Origin: an uncultured Actinomycetota bacterium
GTDB lineage: Bacteria; Actinomycetota; Geothermincolia; Geothermincolales; RBG-13-55-18
NCBI GenBank assembly: GCA_964529285.1
Contig: CAZGWK010000014.1
Coordinates: 3,279 to 67,278 of the forward strand
Direction of reading: 5' to 3'
Length of the DNA: 64,000 nt
The position numbers and the translations under genes are program-made. The notes beneath the pieces were generated by a model. It had not been told where the DNA came from. It made no database searches and worked only from the letters and a program-made list of their open reading frames with translations. This document shows, one piece after another, positions 55,698 through 64,000 of the stretch. Each line of letters opens with the position of its first letter. The stretch's first letter is position 1.

Positions 55698-56594
55698 TTG
55701 AGAATCGCCTACACCAGTGATCTGCATGTGGACATATCTCAGCGCAACTGGGAACTCGTTCCCTATCTCGCCGAGGTCCTGAAGATCATCGATCCCGATG
55801 TGTTCGTCATCGCGGGAGACGTCAGCCCGGAACTCGGGGACCTGGAATACGCATTGGACTGCTTTGCTAAGCTGCAATGCCTCAAGCTCTTCGTCCCGGG
55901 CAACCAGGATATCTGGGTCCTCTCGGAGGAGATGCAGGAGAAGGGGCACGATTCATACGAGAAGTATTACTTCTATTTGCCCGAGGTATGCCGGCGAAAT
56001 GGGTTCATCCCCCTGTGGATGGAGCCGGTGACCTGCGGCGGCGTAGGATTCGTGGGAAGCATAGGCTGGTACGATCATACCGTATCGGGTGCGGACTCGG
56101 CTGCCTTCCCCCGCGAATCCCATTACCTGCTGGACAACGTGTGGAACGACATGCGCTGGGCCTGCTGGAGTGATATCTCCATGATGATGGAAGGAAAACT
56201 CTGGCCTGCCAGGAGGCCCGATACCGAGGTAGCCCGCGAGTTCAACCTGCGCCTGGACCAGGACATCGAGGCTTTCTGCCGCGACCCGTTCGTAAGCGAG
56301 GTCGTGGTAGTCACGCATTATCCTCCGTTCACCGCGCTCTCGCTGGAGGGTGTGCCCTTCCCCGGCTCGCGCGACACGGCGGGCATCCTTTTCTCCCACG
56401 AAAAGGTGATCATCTCCATATCCGGTCATATACACGACAAGAGGGACCTGCTGGTAAGGGACATCAGGGCGGTACGCTGCCCCGTGGGATACCTCAAGTG
56501 GGAGCAGCGTAAGTACCAGGACATGGTAAAGGATTGCCTGGAGGTCATCCATCTCATCGACCACGAGGATTTTCTCCCGCAAGGCCAGTCATAG
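55698..56594 (+). CDS. Calcineurin-like metallophosphoesterase
   Basis: Motifs SDLHVD, GDVS, GNQD, VTHYPP and SGHIHD. TTG start after GGGGGAG. Confidence 0.8.
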   Translation: MRIAYTSDLHVDISQRNWELVPYLAEVLKIIDPDVFVIAGDVSPELGDLEYALDCFAKLQCLKLFVPGNQDIWVLSEEMQEKGHDSYEKYYFYLPEVCRRNGFIPLWMEPVTCGGVGFVGSIGWYDHTVSGADSAAFPRESHYLLDNVWNDMRWACWSDISMMMEGKLWPARRPDTEVAREFNLRLDQDIEAFCRDPFVSEVVVVTHYPPFTALSLEGVPFPGSRDTAGILFSHEKVIISISGHIHDKRDLLVRDIRAVRCPVGYLKWEQRKYQDMVKDCLEVIHLIDHEDFLPQGQS

Positions 56595-56942
56595 ATGTGA
56601 CTAAAGGAAGGCGCCGGCGGGCATTTTTTTCGTCTCAGCCGCGTTCGATGCATTATGAGTACGGATTCCTTCGAGCCCTCGCTTGCGCTTGCCGGCAAGC
56701 CATTGCATGCCGCAGGAATATCTGTAAAGGTTATAGAAATATGCTTACAGGCTGGTGTTATGTGAGTCGGCGAGCGGTATTTGGGGTTACGGGTGAAAGT
56801 TCCATACGAAGGGGAACAATATGCGGGCAGTCTTTTAAAGGAGGTGAAGAGGCCGAGCCGTTCCCGTGTCGAGGCGGACGCAAGCGCCGCTAAGGAAGCT
56901 GCAAGTCATGCAGCGTAATGGAACCGTGTTCAAGGAGGTCAC

Positions 56943-57500
56943 ATGGAAGTAGATATCTTACGCAGCAGCTGGTGGTCGTACGTGCTGAGGGGCGTCGTGG
57001 CGCTGGTATTCGGCATCCTGTTTCTCGCCTATCCCGGGGCGACACTCAGGACCTTTGCGGTCCTGCTGGGTGTTCTCCTGATCCTGGACGGGGTTATCAG
57101 CTTAATACGCTCCTTAGTCTTTATCTGGCGCAAGGAGGCATTCGGCTGGACGCTGGTCTGGGGCCTGGTCGGCCTGCTTATCGGGCTGATACTCATTAAT
57201 CGTACGTTCGAGGTGATCGGCTTCGTGGCCATACTCGTCGGCATCTGGGTGATAATCATGGGCGTTGCCGAGATAGCCGTCGCCTTCGACATGCCGCCGG
57301 AATCAGGAAGGGGCATTCTGGGAGTGTTCGGCCTGATATCCATCGGCTTCGGTATCGCGATCCTCGCCTGGACGGCCGGAACCGTATATGCCCTCATGGT
57401 CCTCTTCGGGATCTACCTGCTGGTGGTCGCGGTGATGGATTTCATCATCGGCATCTACGTGGGGCGCATGCAGCACGAGGTCAAAGGGGAGATGGAGTAA
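56943..57500 (+). CDS. HdeD/DUF308-family membrane protein
   Basis: WWSYVLRGVVALVFGILFLAYP and repeated GxxxI/L TM pairs. AAGGAGG RBS. Confidence 0.8.
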   Translation: MEVDILRSSWWSYVLRGVVALVFGILFLAYPGATLRTFAVLLGVLLILDGVISLIRSLVFIWRKEAFGWTLVWGLVGLLIGLILINRTFEVIGFVAILVGIWVIIMGVAEIAVAFDMPPESGRGILGVFGLISIGFGIAILAWTAGTVYALMVLFGIYLLVVAVMDFIIGIYVGRMQHEVKGEME

Positions 57501-57525
57501 GCATCCAGGGCAAGTTTTATGACTC

Positions 57526-57618
57526 CAGGGTCAGCCGTTCATATGATACTTACGGAGAAGGCTCTACCCGGCCGCCGTTTGGCGCGATTGATACATGTCA
57601 TTTCAACGGCTGACCCTG
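57526..57618. repeat. 14-bp inverted repeat CAGGGTCAGCCGTT ... AACGGCTGACCCTG (65-nt spacer) between convergent genes
   Basis: Perfect arms at 57526-57539 and 57605-57618. A third AACGGCTGACC lies at 57654-57664. A degenerate CCTGGCACCACGTGTA motif related to the 4414/42798 repeat flank follows at about 57634. Confidence 0.6.
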
Positions 57619-57672
57619 TTCTCTCGCGAACACCTGGCACCACGTGTATTCTTAACGGCTGACCACAGGGGT

Positions 57673-58014
57673 CTACATACCGGAAGATGGGATGGTGCAG
57701 ATGAAGCGCAGCAGTTGTTCGCCTGGGTTCCTGATCTGGTGCAGTTCCTCGCCCGGGATGAAGATGGCGGTGCCCGGCCGCACGGCGGCGCTTCCTTCTT
57801 CCTGCACTATCTCTCCTTCCCCGGAGAGGATATATACCTCGTGTTCCCAGGGATGGCTGTGCAGGGGAGAATAGCCTCCCGGCGCGATCTCGAATACCCT
57901 CATGTAATAGGTGGGCGCTCCGTCTCCCTCGGATATAACCCTTCTGATGGTGACGCCCCTGGTCTCTCCTCCCGGGTTCTCTGCCGGGACATCGCTATAG
58001 TGTATGATTTTCAT
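57673..58014 (-). CDS. Cupin_2 domain protein
   Basis: GGYSPLHSHPWEHEVYILSGEG...PGEELHQIRN cupin metal motifs. An alternative start lies at 58029. Confidence 0.8.
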   Translation of the reverse strand: MKIIHYSDVPAENPGGETRGVTIRRVISEGDGAPTYYMRVFEIAPGGYSPLHSHPWEHEVYILSGEGEIVQEEGSAAVRPGTAIFIPGEELHQIRNPGEQLLRFICTIPSSGM

Positions 58015-58032
58015 GCCCCAATTATACATGGT

Positions 58033-58611
58033 TCAGGAGCGTCGCCTGATCATGATCCCTCCGCACAGGATGAGGAGGGCGGAGAGTATAAAGACGAACA
58101 CCCCCACGTGTGGGTAAGCGGTTATGGAGAGCCGCTCGCGGATGACCGATTCCACCAGCGGCCCTACCATGGGCAGGCTCCTCACAAAATCCAACAGCTG
58201 GCGGTAAAAACCCAGAAAGTCGAAGGCGTCATCGATGAGGCTTATGACGTATGCGGCGGAACCGGCGAGGAGTAAGGCCGCAGCGGCAATGGATATGGTT
58301 CCGGCCCGACGCCTCCACAGGAGGCCTGCCAGGCATACGGCCGCTACGGATATGAGCGCTGCTGCGAGCCAGGGGTTGTCCGTGAGCCTGAAGGTAAATA
58401 TTCCCAGGTCAGCATCGGTCTCGAAAAGGATGGTCCTCCACGTGACATCCGCCCTTGCCCAGGGGAGAGCGGCCGCCGCCACGACGCACAGGACGCTCCC
58501 CGCCGCCACTATTGCCTCCCCCCATCCCCAGCGCGGGGATGGGGGGAGGTCCGCCAGCGGTGGCCGTTCGTCCCCGCTCGTCACACCTTGCACCAGCCGT
58601 CCTTTCCGCAA
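58033..58611 (-). CDS. Integral membrane protein, unknown function
   Basis: Four hydrophobic segments. Its stop lies 3 nt before the cupin ORF. No recognisable motif. Confidence 0.5.
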   Translation of the reverse strand: MRKGRLVQGVTSGDERPPLADLPPSPRWGWGEAIVAAGSVLCVVAAAALPWARADVTWRTILFETDADLGIFTFRLTDNPWLAAALISVAAVCLAGLLWRRRAGTISIAAAALLLAGSAAYVISLIDDAFDFLGFYRQLLDFVRSLPMVGPLVESVIRERLSITAYPHVGVFVFILSALLILCGGIMIRRRS

Positions 58612-58645
58612 TCTCGATTATCGTTTGAGGGAATTATAGGCCAAA

Positions 58646-58784
58646 ACATACCTGGGGTCAGCCCTCCATTTTCAACACTGAGGGTCAGGCCTCAACGTTA
58701 TACATCCACTCGCTTGCATTACATACCTGGGGTCAGCCCTCCATTTTCAACACTGAGGGTCAGGCCTCAACGTTATACATCCAC
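58646..58784. repeat. 64-bp perfect direct repeat x2 (11-nt spacer) carrying GGTCAGSCC motifs
   Basis: 58646-58709 equals 58721-58784. GGTCAGCC/GGTCAGGCC occurs at 58656, 58683, 58731 and 58758, and again at 58794. It lies in a divergent intergenic region. Confidence 0.85.
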
Positions 58785-58956
58785 ATTCTAAGAGGTCAGG
58801 CCCCATAACAGACACAACGTTGGCCTGGCCTGCTGAATGATTTATTCTTATTGTGACCACGTTTCCGTCAAAAGGGACCACGCTATATGGAGGTAAGGGC
58901 AGGATGAAAGTATGCAGCAAGGGAAAAAAGAGGCCGGCTGCAAGGAGATGTAGCGC

Positions 58957-59955
58957 ATGAATCTCCTGGACCGGGTGGTGAGCCAGAACGAGCGCATGGT
59001 AGCGCCCATGGCCGGTTATCCCGGCGTGAGGCTTATGGGGCGTTCGGTGCGGGAAGCCTTGAACGATCCTGCCTTGCAGTTGCAGGCCCTGGAGAACCTG
59101 GAGGAGAGACTGCGGCCTGACATCGTCTTTACCCTGCTGGACCTGACAGTGGAAGCCGAGTCCATGGGGCTGGGCGTGGACTTCTCCGAAAGGATGCCCC
59201 CCAGCCTTGCCGAGCAGCGGCTGCCGAAGTTGGAGAGGTTTTACGAACTGGGCCTTCCCGATCCCGAAAAAACAGCGCGCATGCCCGTTTTTCTCGAAGT
59301 CGCCGAAGGCCTGGGCAAGGGCGAAGGCAGGTTGAGCGCCGCCTACGTTACGGGTTCATTCACGCTGCTGGCGCAACTCATGGGCACGCAGGAGCTGATG
59401 GACGGCGTTAAGCTGGGAGACACCTTGACCGAACCTCTCGGGTTTACCACCTCGGTCATCGGCGAATATGCTGCGGCACTGGCGGCGCGCGTTGATTTAG
59501 TCGTGGTCGTGGACCCCATGGCCGAAGCACTCCAGGTCGAGGAATACGGTCTGCTCTACCGTCCTTACATGGACGGGCTGGCGGGGATAATCAGGTCCTC
59601 GGGCGCGATCTGCCTGCTTCACATTTGCGGTGACGTGACCCACCTGCTGAAAGAGTTGGCGCTCACCGGCGTCGAGGGCATCTGCTTCGACTCCAGGGTC
59701 AACCTGCCCCGCGAGATCGAGAGAGTGCCGGCCAACATAGTCGTATTCGGCAATATCGACCCTAAGCGCATCATCCAGCGAGGCACGACGGAAGACGTGC
59801 GCTGGGAAGTGCGGCGCCTTCTGCGCCACATGCACGGTGTGCGCAACTTCGTCCTCTCGACCGGATGCGACGTAGCGGCCGAGGCGCCGGTGCGCAACCT
59901 GGAGGCGATGATGGACGAGGCGCGAAACTGGAGGCCGCGCGGCAGCATTTTCTGA
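58957..59955 (+). CDS. URO-D family protein of the MT2/MtaA methyltransferase type (zinc motif present)
   Basis: LLHICGDV (HxC) and LSTGCDV supply the Zn ligands typical of corrinoid:acceptor methyltransferases, on a URO-D fold overall. Confidence 0.75.
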   Translation: MNLLDRVVSQNERMVAPMAGYPGVRLMGRSVREALNDPALQLQALENLEERLRPDIVFTLLDLTVEAESMGLGVDFSERMPPSLAEQRLPKLERFYELGLPDPEKTARMPVFLEVAEGLGKGEGRLSAAYVTGSFTLLAQLMGTQELMDGVKLGDTLTEPLGFTTSVIGEYAAALAARVDLVVVVDPMAEALQVEEYGLLYRPYMDGLAGIIRSSGAICLLHICGDVTHLLKELALTGVEGICFDSRVNLPREIERVPANIVVFGNIDPKRIIQRGTTEDVRWEVRRLLRHMHGVRNFVLSTGCDVAAEAPVRNLEAMMDEARNWRPRGSIF

Positions 59956-60061
59956 TCACCGCTTCCCGCCCGTTTCAACCTGCTGGAACCACCGCTTTGC
60001 CGCTCACCCGATAAACGGATACCATAACAGCGTAAAAACGATCCTCTGGTGAGGAGGTCCC

Positions 60062-62197
60062 TTGGGTTGTCACGGATTCCGTAAGGGCATGTTGCCCAGG
60101 AGATTGGGGGCACTGCTGGCGGTATGTGTATTGCTCGCTGCGCCGGCGGTCGAGATGGAAGGCGCGAGCGCGCAGGATGAAGCGGCCGGACCGCAGCTCC
60201 CCATATTGCTTCTTAATGGAGCGGTCTATGCGGAGCAGTACGATGAGGGCACCATCCCCGCGTCTTTCCGGGTGGGGGGCTACCCCTCCCGGGTTACGGC
60301 CCTCTACATGGTGCAGTGCGAGGGACCCGTGAAAGAAGCCTGGGTGGAAGACCTGCGGCGCATAGGAGGTGAACCCCGGGGTTACCTGCCCTATAACGCG
60401 CTGCTGGTGGGGATGGACGGCAACACCCGTTCGCGCATGGGAGAACTGGACTTCGTGGCCTGGTACGGGCTGTACCAGCCTTACTTCAAGATCTCACCCG
60501 CCCTGCAGCTCCGGCTTTCCCAGGGGGGAGAGGTGGATGCGCTGGCCTTAGTATTTTCAGCTCGTTTCCTCGCCGATACCCTGAACGCACTGGATGCATT
60601 GCCCGTGCAGGTCATCGCCGCGGAGTCCGACACCTGGTGCGCGGTGATCGCGCTGCACATGCCCGTGGACGCCATAAGCGGCGTAGCCGCACTTCCGGCG
60701 GTGGAATGGGTGGAGTTAAACACGCATGGAACGCTCCCGGGTTTGGGCGCGGGCGACTTCGATATAGAAGGCAGCGAGGCGATCTTACCCCAGGCGTTAA
60801 GCGATGAGAAAGAGCTCCTGGCCCTGGTAGACACGGGACTCGGTACAGGAGGCATGCAAGGCCTCCCGGCCGAGTTGGCCGGAAACGTAGTCTCCCTCGA
60901 CAGTTTGCGGGGAGACGATGGAGCGGATCCCGACGGTCACGGTACGGCGGTAGCGGGGTGTGTGTCGAGTGCGAAGTATCCCGGGGTGGCTGCCAGCCCT
61001 TCCGCCAGGCCGGCGATCATCGCTTACGCCGGCGGTTACGGCATGTCATGTCCCCCGCTGCCCCTGTCTCTCTACGCGCTGCTGGACAAGGCGTACGCGC
61101 GCGGCGCAAGGGTCTTCCTATCGGGCAGTGTGCCAGAGGGCAGGGAATCCCTTGGCGCATACGGTATCTATGCATCGCAGCGCGATGCCTTTGTGTGGAA
61201 ACATCCCGACATGATGGTCGTGGAGCCGGCTGGCAACGAGGGTACTGATGCGGATAAGGACGGGATCGTGGACAGCGGCAGCTTGCTGGGGGGGGCGGCG
61301 GCGAAAAACGTCCTCAGCGTGGGGGGATGTGAAAGCCCCGCCCCCGTTTCCGAAAGCGAAGCGGCGCTGAGCTATGCGGAGCTGGAGAGTATCTTTCCCG
61401 GCGTTTTCCCGTCTCAGCCACTGCGGGACGACTCCAGTGCGGACGCCGAGGCGGGCATGGCAGCCTTCAGTTCACGCGGTCCCACGCGGGACGACAGGAT
61501 CAAGCCCGACCTGGTTGCACCGGCGACGGATATTCCGACCATCTCCTCTGGAGGCACGGAAACGGCGGCCGGCTTACTCGCCTCCCAGGCGCCGGGCATC
61601 GTTCGTGCTTACGGCACAAGTATGGCTGCCGCTCAGGCCGCGGCAAACCTGGCCGGCATGCGCCTCCCGTTATCCGTTGCTCAGACGGTGGATCCGTCCG
61701 CCGCGCTGCTCAAGGCTTTCGCCGTCAACGGGGCGGTGGACTTGAGCCCGGGGCAATACGGCGAGGAGGACATGGAGGTCCCGCGCGCCCCCAATGCGGT
61801 TGAGGGCTGGGGCAGGCTTGACCTGGACGCTTTCACGCGGACGAGTTCCTGGATTAAAGTGCTCGACGACACTGAGGGTATGCGCCAGGGGGAGTCCCGC
61901 GTCTACCGCATAGAGGTCAGCACCGGCAGCGAGCTGCGGGTGACCCTCGCATGGTGCGACTACCCCTCGCTCCCGGAGGCCAGGCTCCACCTGGTGAACG
62001 ACTTGGATATGCGGCTCGTGGATCCCGAAGGCAAGGTTTACTATCCCAACGGCAGGAATTCCAGGGATCCACTGAACAACGTGGAGAGGATCGTCCTCGA
62101 TATAGGGGACAAGCCCGGGGACTACACCGTCGAGCTGGAAGGCTGGAACACGCCTTTTTCGCCGCAGCCCTTCGCCCTGGTGGCCCAGGTCCTGTAG
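60062..62197 (+). CDS. Secreted subtilisin-like (S8) serine peptidase with a C-terminal P-domain-like module
   Basis: Signal peptide LGALLAVCVLLAAPAVE. Catalytic triad contexts VDTGLG, HGTAVAG and GTSMAAAQAA. TTG start 5 nt after GGTGAGGAGG. Confidence 0.85.
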   Translation: MGCHGFRKGMLPRRLGALLAVCVLLAAPAVEMEGASAQDEAAGPQLPILLLNGAVYAEQYDEGTIPASFRVGGYPSRVTALYMVQCEGPVKEAWVEDLRRIGGEPRGYLPYNALLVGMDGNTRSRMGELDFVAWYGLYQPYFKISPALQLRLSQGGEVDALALVFSARFLADTLNALDALPVQVIAAESDTWCAVIALHMPVDAISGVAALPAVEWVELNTHGTLPGLGAGDFDIEGSEAILPQALSDEKELLALVDTGLGTGGMQGLPAELAGNVVSLDSLRGDDGADPDGHGTAVAGCVSSAKYPGVAASPSARPAIIAYAGGYGMSCPPLPLSLYALLDKAYARGARVFLSGSVPEGRESLGAYGIYASQRDAFVWKHPDMMVVEPAGNEGTDADKDGIVDSGSLLGGAAAKNVLSVGGCESPAPVSESEAALSYAELESIFPGVFPSQPLRDDSSADAEAGMAAFSSRGPTRDDRIKPDLVAPATDIPTISSGGTETAAGLLASQAPGIVRAYGTSMAAAQAAANLAGMRLPLSVAQTVDPSAALLKAFAVNGAVDLSPGQYGEEDMEVPRAPNAVEGWGRLDLDAFTRTSSWIKVLDDTEGMRQGESRVYRIEVSTGSELRVTLAWCDYPSLPEARLHLVNDLDMRLVDPEGKVYYPNGRNSRDPLNNVERIVLDIGDKPGDYTVELEGWNTPFSPQPFALVAQVL

Positions 62198-62255
62198 GTT
62201 ACATGCGGGCTCCGCCGCCCGCAAGCCGGTTGTTTGATGGTAAGGGGTGATACGG

Positions 62256-63353
62256 ATGGCCGGGGATAATAACATCAATGCACGACATGACGATGTTTAT
62301 GAAAACTTGCGCGCATTCCTCGACCGCTTCCCCCTGGGTTTTCCCTCCACCGAGTCCGGCGTTGAGATAAGGATATTGCGGAGGCTCTTCTCCCCTGAGG
62401 AAGCCGAGGCGGCCGTGCTGCTCTCACCCATGCCGGAGGGCGTCGAACAGATAGCCGCACGCGCGGGTTGCGAACCCGAGGAACTCGCGCGCAAGCTCGA
62501 GGCGATGTCCAGAAAGGGGCTGGTTTTCCGTTCCCGCAGGGAGGGTCGGACCATGTACAACGCCGCTCCTTTCATGATCGGGCTCTACGAATATTCGGTG
62601 GAGGAGATAGACGAGGAACTCGCCGCCCTCTACAAGGAATATTACGAGACGGCTTACCTGGATGAGATGGGGGCGAGCGGCGTTCCAGGTTTTCGGGTCT
62701 TCCCCATCGGCGAGAGCGTAGAGGCGGACATCACCCTGTATCCCTTCCTGGATCTGGTAGAGCGGGTGAAGGAGGCGCGGGTGATATCGGTCGCAGATTG
62801 TATATGCCGCAAGGAGGCGCGACTCATCGGGGCGGGATGCGACCATCCCATGGAGACCTGCCTGAGTTTCGGGGTAGCGGCCGAATACTATATCGAGAAC
62901 GGTATCGGGCGCGAGATATCGGCTGACGAGGCTATCGATATCCTGCAAGAAGCGGACAGGGCGGGCCTGGTCCACGCCGGCGTCAACACCCGGCACCTTT
63001 CCAATATCTGCAACTGCTGCCCCTGCTGCTGTGCGTCGATGAAAGGTATAACCCGCAGGGGCATGGACAAACACCTGTTCATGAACGCCCTCTTCGAGGC
63101 GGTCGTGGACACCGGCGCCTGCAGCGCATGCGGTGAATGCGTGGAACGCTGCCCGGTTGGCGCTATCGACCTGGATGATACGGCCGGGGTGGACAGGGAG
63201 AGATGCCTGGGATGCGGGCTTTGCGCGGGCGCATGCCCCGACGATGCCATCACCATGATCCTGCGCGAGGACCGCGAGGAGCCTTTCGACCGCGTGCTGA
63301 GCATGGGTATGGCCATCATGGAGGGCAAGCTTAAGCGGGAAGACCGGGGCTAG
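62256..63353 (+). CDS. 4Fe-4S dicluster protein with an additional Cys-rich CNCCPCCC module
   Basis: CSACGECVERCP and CLGCGLCAGACP ferredoxin motifs, preceded by DCICRKE...GCDHPMETC and NICNCCPCCCASM. ATG follows AAGGGGTGA. Confidence 0.7.
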   Translation: MAGDNNINARHDDVYENLRAFLDRFPLGFPSTESGVEIRILRRLFSPEEAEAAVLLSPMPEGVEQIAARAGCEPEELARKLEAMSRKGLVFRSRREGRTMYNAAPFMIGLYEYSVEEIDEELAALYKEYYETAYLDEMGASGVPGFRVFPIGESVEADITLYPFLDLVERVKEARVISVADCICRKEARLIGAGCDHPMETCLSFGVAAEYYIENGIGREISADEAIDILQEADRAGLVHAGVNTRHLSNICNCCPCCCASMKGITRRGMDKHLFMNALFEAVVDTGACSACGECVERCPVGAIDLDDTAGVDRERCLGCGLCAGACPDDAITMILREDREEPFDRVLSMGMAIMEGKLKREDRG

Positions 63354-63375
63354 AGGGCCCCAAAGCCTGCCACCG

Positions 63376-64000
63376 CTAATAGATCGGAAAGGTCAGCAGT
63401 ATACCGGCACCTATGCACAGTATAGCGACGGCCAATACGAGAAACGATATCTGCATCCATCTCGCTTTGAACTTGGTGCAGATTCCCGCGAAAAAAAGCA
63501 CCGTGGCGAAGAGGACCGCCAGCAGCACGTAGTTGTCGGAGCGTTGGTTGTCTTTCAGCGCATCGCTGCGGTACGAATCGGCGAGGATCTCGTACGAACG
63601 AGATAGCTCGAGCGCAGCGCTGGTATACTCCGGCATGTCGAAGGGAGAATTTGGTGAATCGGGGTTGTTGATAGGGTCCGTGGCCAGCCAGGCGTCCGTG
63701 GCCGCTTTCAGCTCTTGCGAAAACCACCTGTTCTTGACGAAATCGGCGAGTTCCTGTTGGTCGTTGATCGCGGAGTTTACGTATTCGGTGAACATGCCGA
63801 CGTCGACCTGTATCAATTGGCCGCCCGCCGTTTGTGTCTTTACCGACTCGGTCCTGGCCGTATTGGACCTGGTGAAGTTGATGGTCATCAAGCCGCTCCA
63901 GCGCGCCGATTGGTAGGCGCACCAGGCCGTGGCTATGGTGGCAAGGGCGAGAATCGCGGCCGAGATGATCTCTACCCACTCCGCGCGGAACCTGACGCCT
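63376..64000 (-). CDS. Membrane protein, 5' end beyond the window
   Basis: The frame stays open from 63891 to nt 64000 (…EIISAAILALATIATAWCAYQSARWSG…). A C-terminal TM pair is present. No family recognised. Confidence 0.45.
   Translation of the reverse strand, partial: GVRFRAEWVEIISAAILALATIATAWCAYQSARWSGLMTINFTRSNTARTESVKTQTAGGQLIQVDVGMFTEYVNSAINDQQELADFVKNRWFSQELKAATDAWLATDPINNPDSPNSPFDMPEYTSAALELSRSYEILADSYRSDALKDNQRSDNYVLLAVLFATVLFFAGICTKFKARWMQISFLVLAVAILCIGAGILLTFPIY

Noticed and set aside
56595-56942. The 348-nt lower-GC gap upstream of the HdeD-like gene was inspected for a riboswitch, a small RNA or a small ORF. It contains a strong AAAGGAGGTGA site and a GCGCCGGCG(GGC)-T7 element after the phosphoesterase gene.
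   Set aside because: I recognised no known riboswitch consensus. The internal Shine-Dalgarno-like site has no start codon at usable spacing. The stem preceding the T-run is only 3-4 bp, too weak to call a terminator. The region is left unassigned.
62205-62235. The GCGGGC-N6-GCCCGC hairpin after the S8 peptidase gene, considered as a terminator.
   Set aside because: The stem is only 6 bp and the downstream U-tract is poor (AAGCCGGTTGTTTG). The next gene starts about 20 nt later, so read-through or co-transcription is equally plausible.

Overview
This is a 64 kb, gene-dense, high-GC bacterial chromosomal segment (roughly 60-65% GC by eye) with AGGAGG-type ribosome-binding sites. Long antisense shadow ORFs are typical of GC-rich DNA. 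Gene content includes DivIVA, a Hanks-type kinase, a Holin-X-like protein and a type-A RNase P RNA. Many Fe-S, molybdopterin and flavin enzymes lack export signals. Together this suggests an anaerobic Gram-positive or Actinomycetota-like lineage, which is inference only. About 50 protein genes and one clear RNA gene (rnpB, 6694-7083) can be supported. No tRNA, rRNA, CRISPR array, transposase, integrase or reverse transcriptase was recognised. The dominant feature is a CoA-thioester catabolic island at about 24.8-47.1 kb on the minus strand. It holds three acyl-CoA synthetases, three short OYE/FadH-like FMN-[4Fe-4S] reductases, two crotonases, an acyl-CoA dehydrogenase and a thiolase with its DUF35 partner. 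Its unusual core has two paralogous cytoplasmic Mo/W-bisPGD enzymes flanking a non-TAT reductive-dehalogenase/QueG-like protein, with a URO-D-like gene and an amidohydrolase_2 gene on either side. Two paralogous MerR-TetR fusion regulators are transcribed divergently from the two operons, and both control regions share an 18-bp palindrome (GGAAYGA-N4-TCATTCC). Other notable content: four tandem SDR paralogs with a 103-bp identical tract; a perfect 150-bp tandem duplication; a family of structured intergenic repeats with compensatory stem changes; a 1439-aa HEAT-repeat protein built from seven super-repeats; and a 963-aa membrane-anchored protein with 8+8 copies of a 27-aa repeat next to a Ser/Thr kinase, an orphan multi-GAF histidine kinase and a metallophosphoesterase. 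All family assignments come from motifs read by eye and no database search was run.
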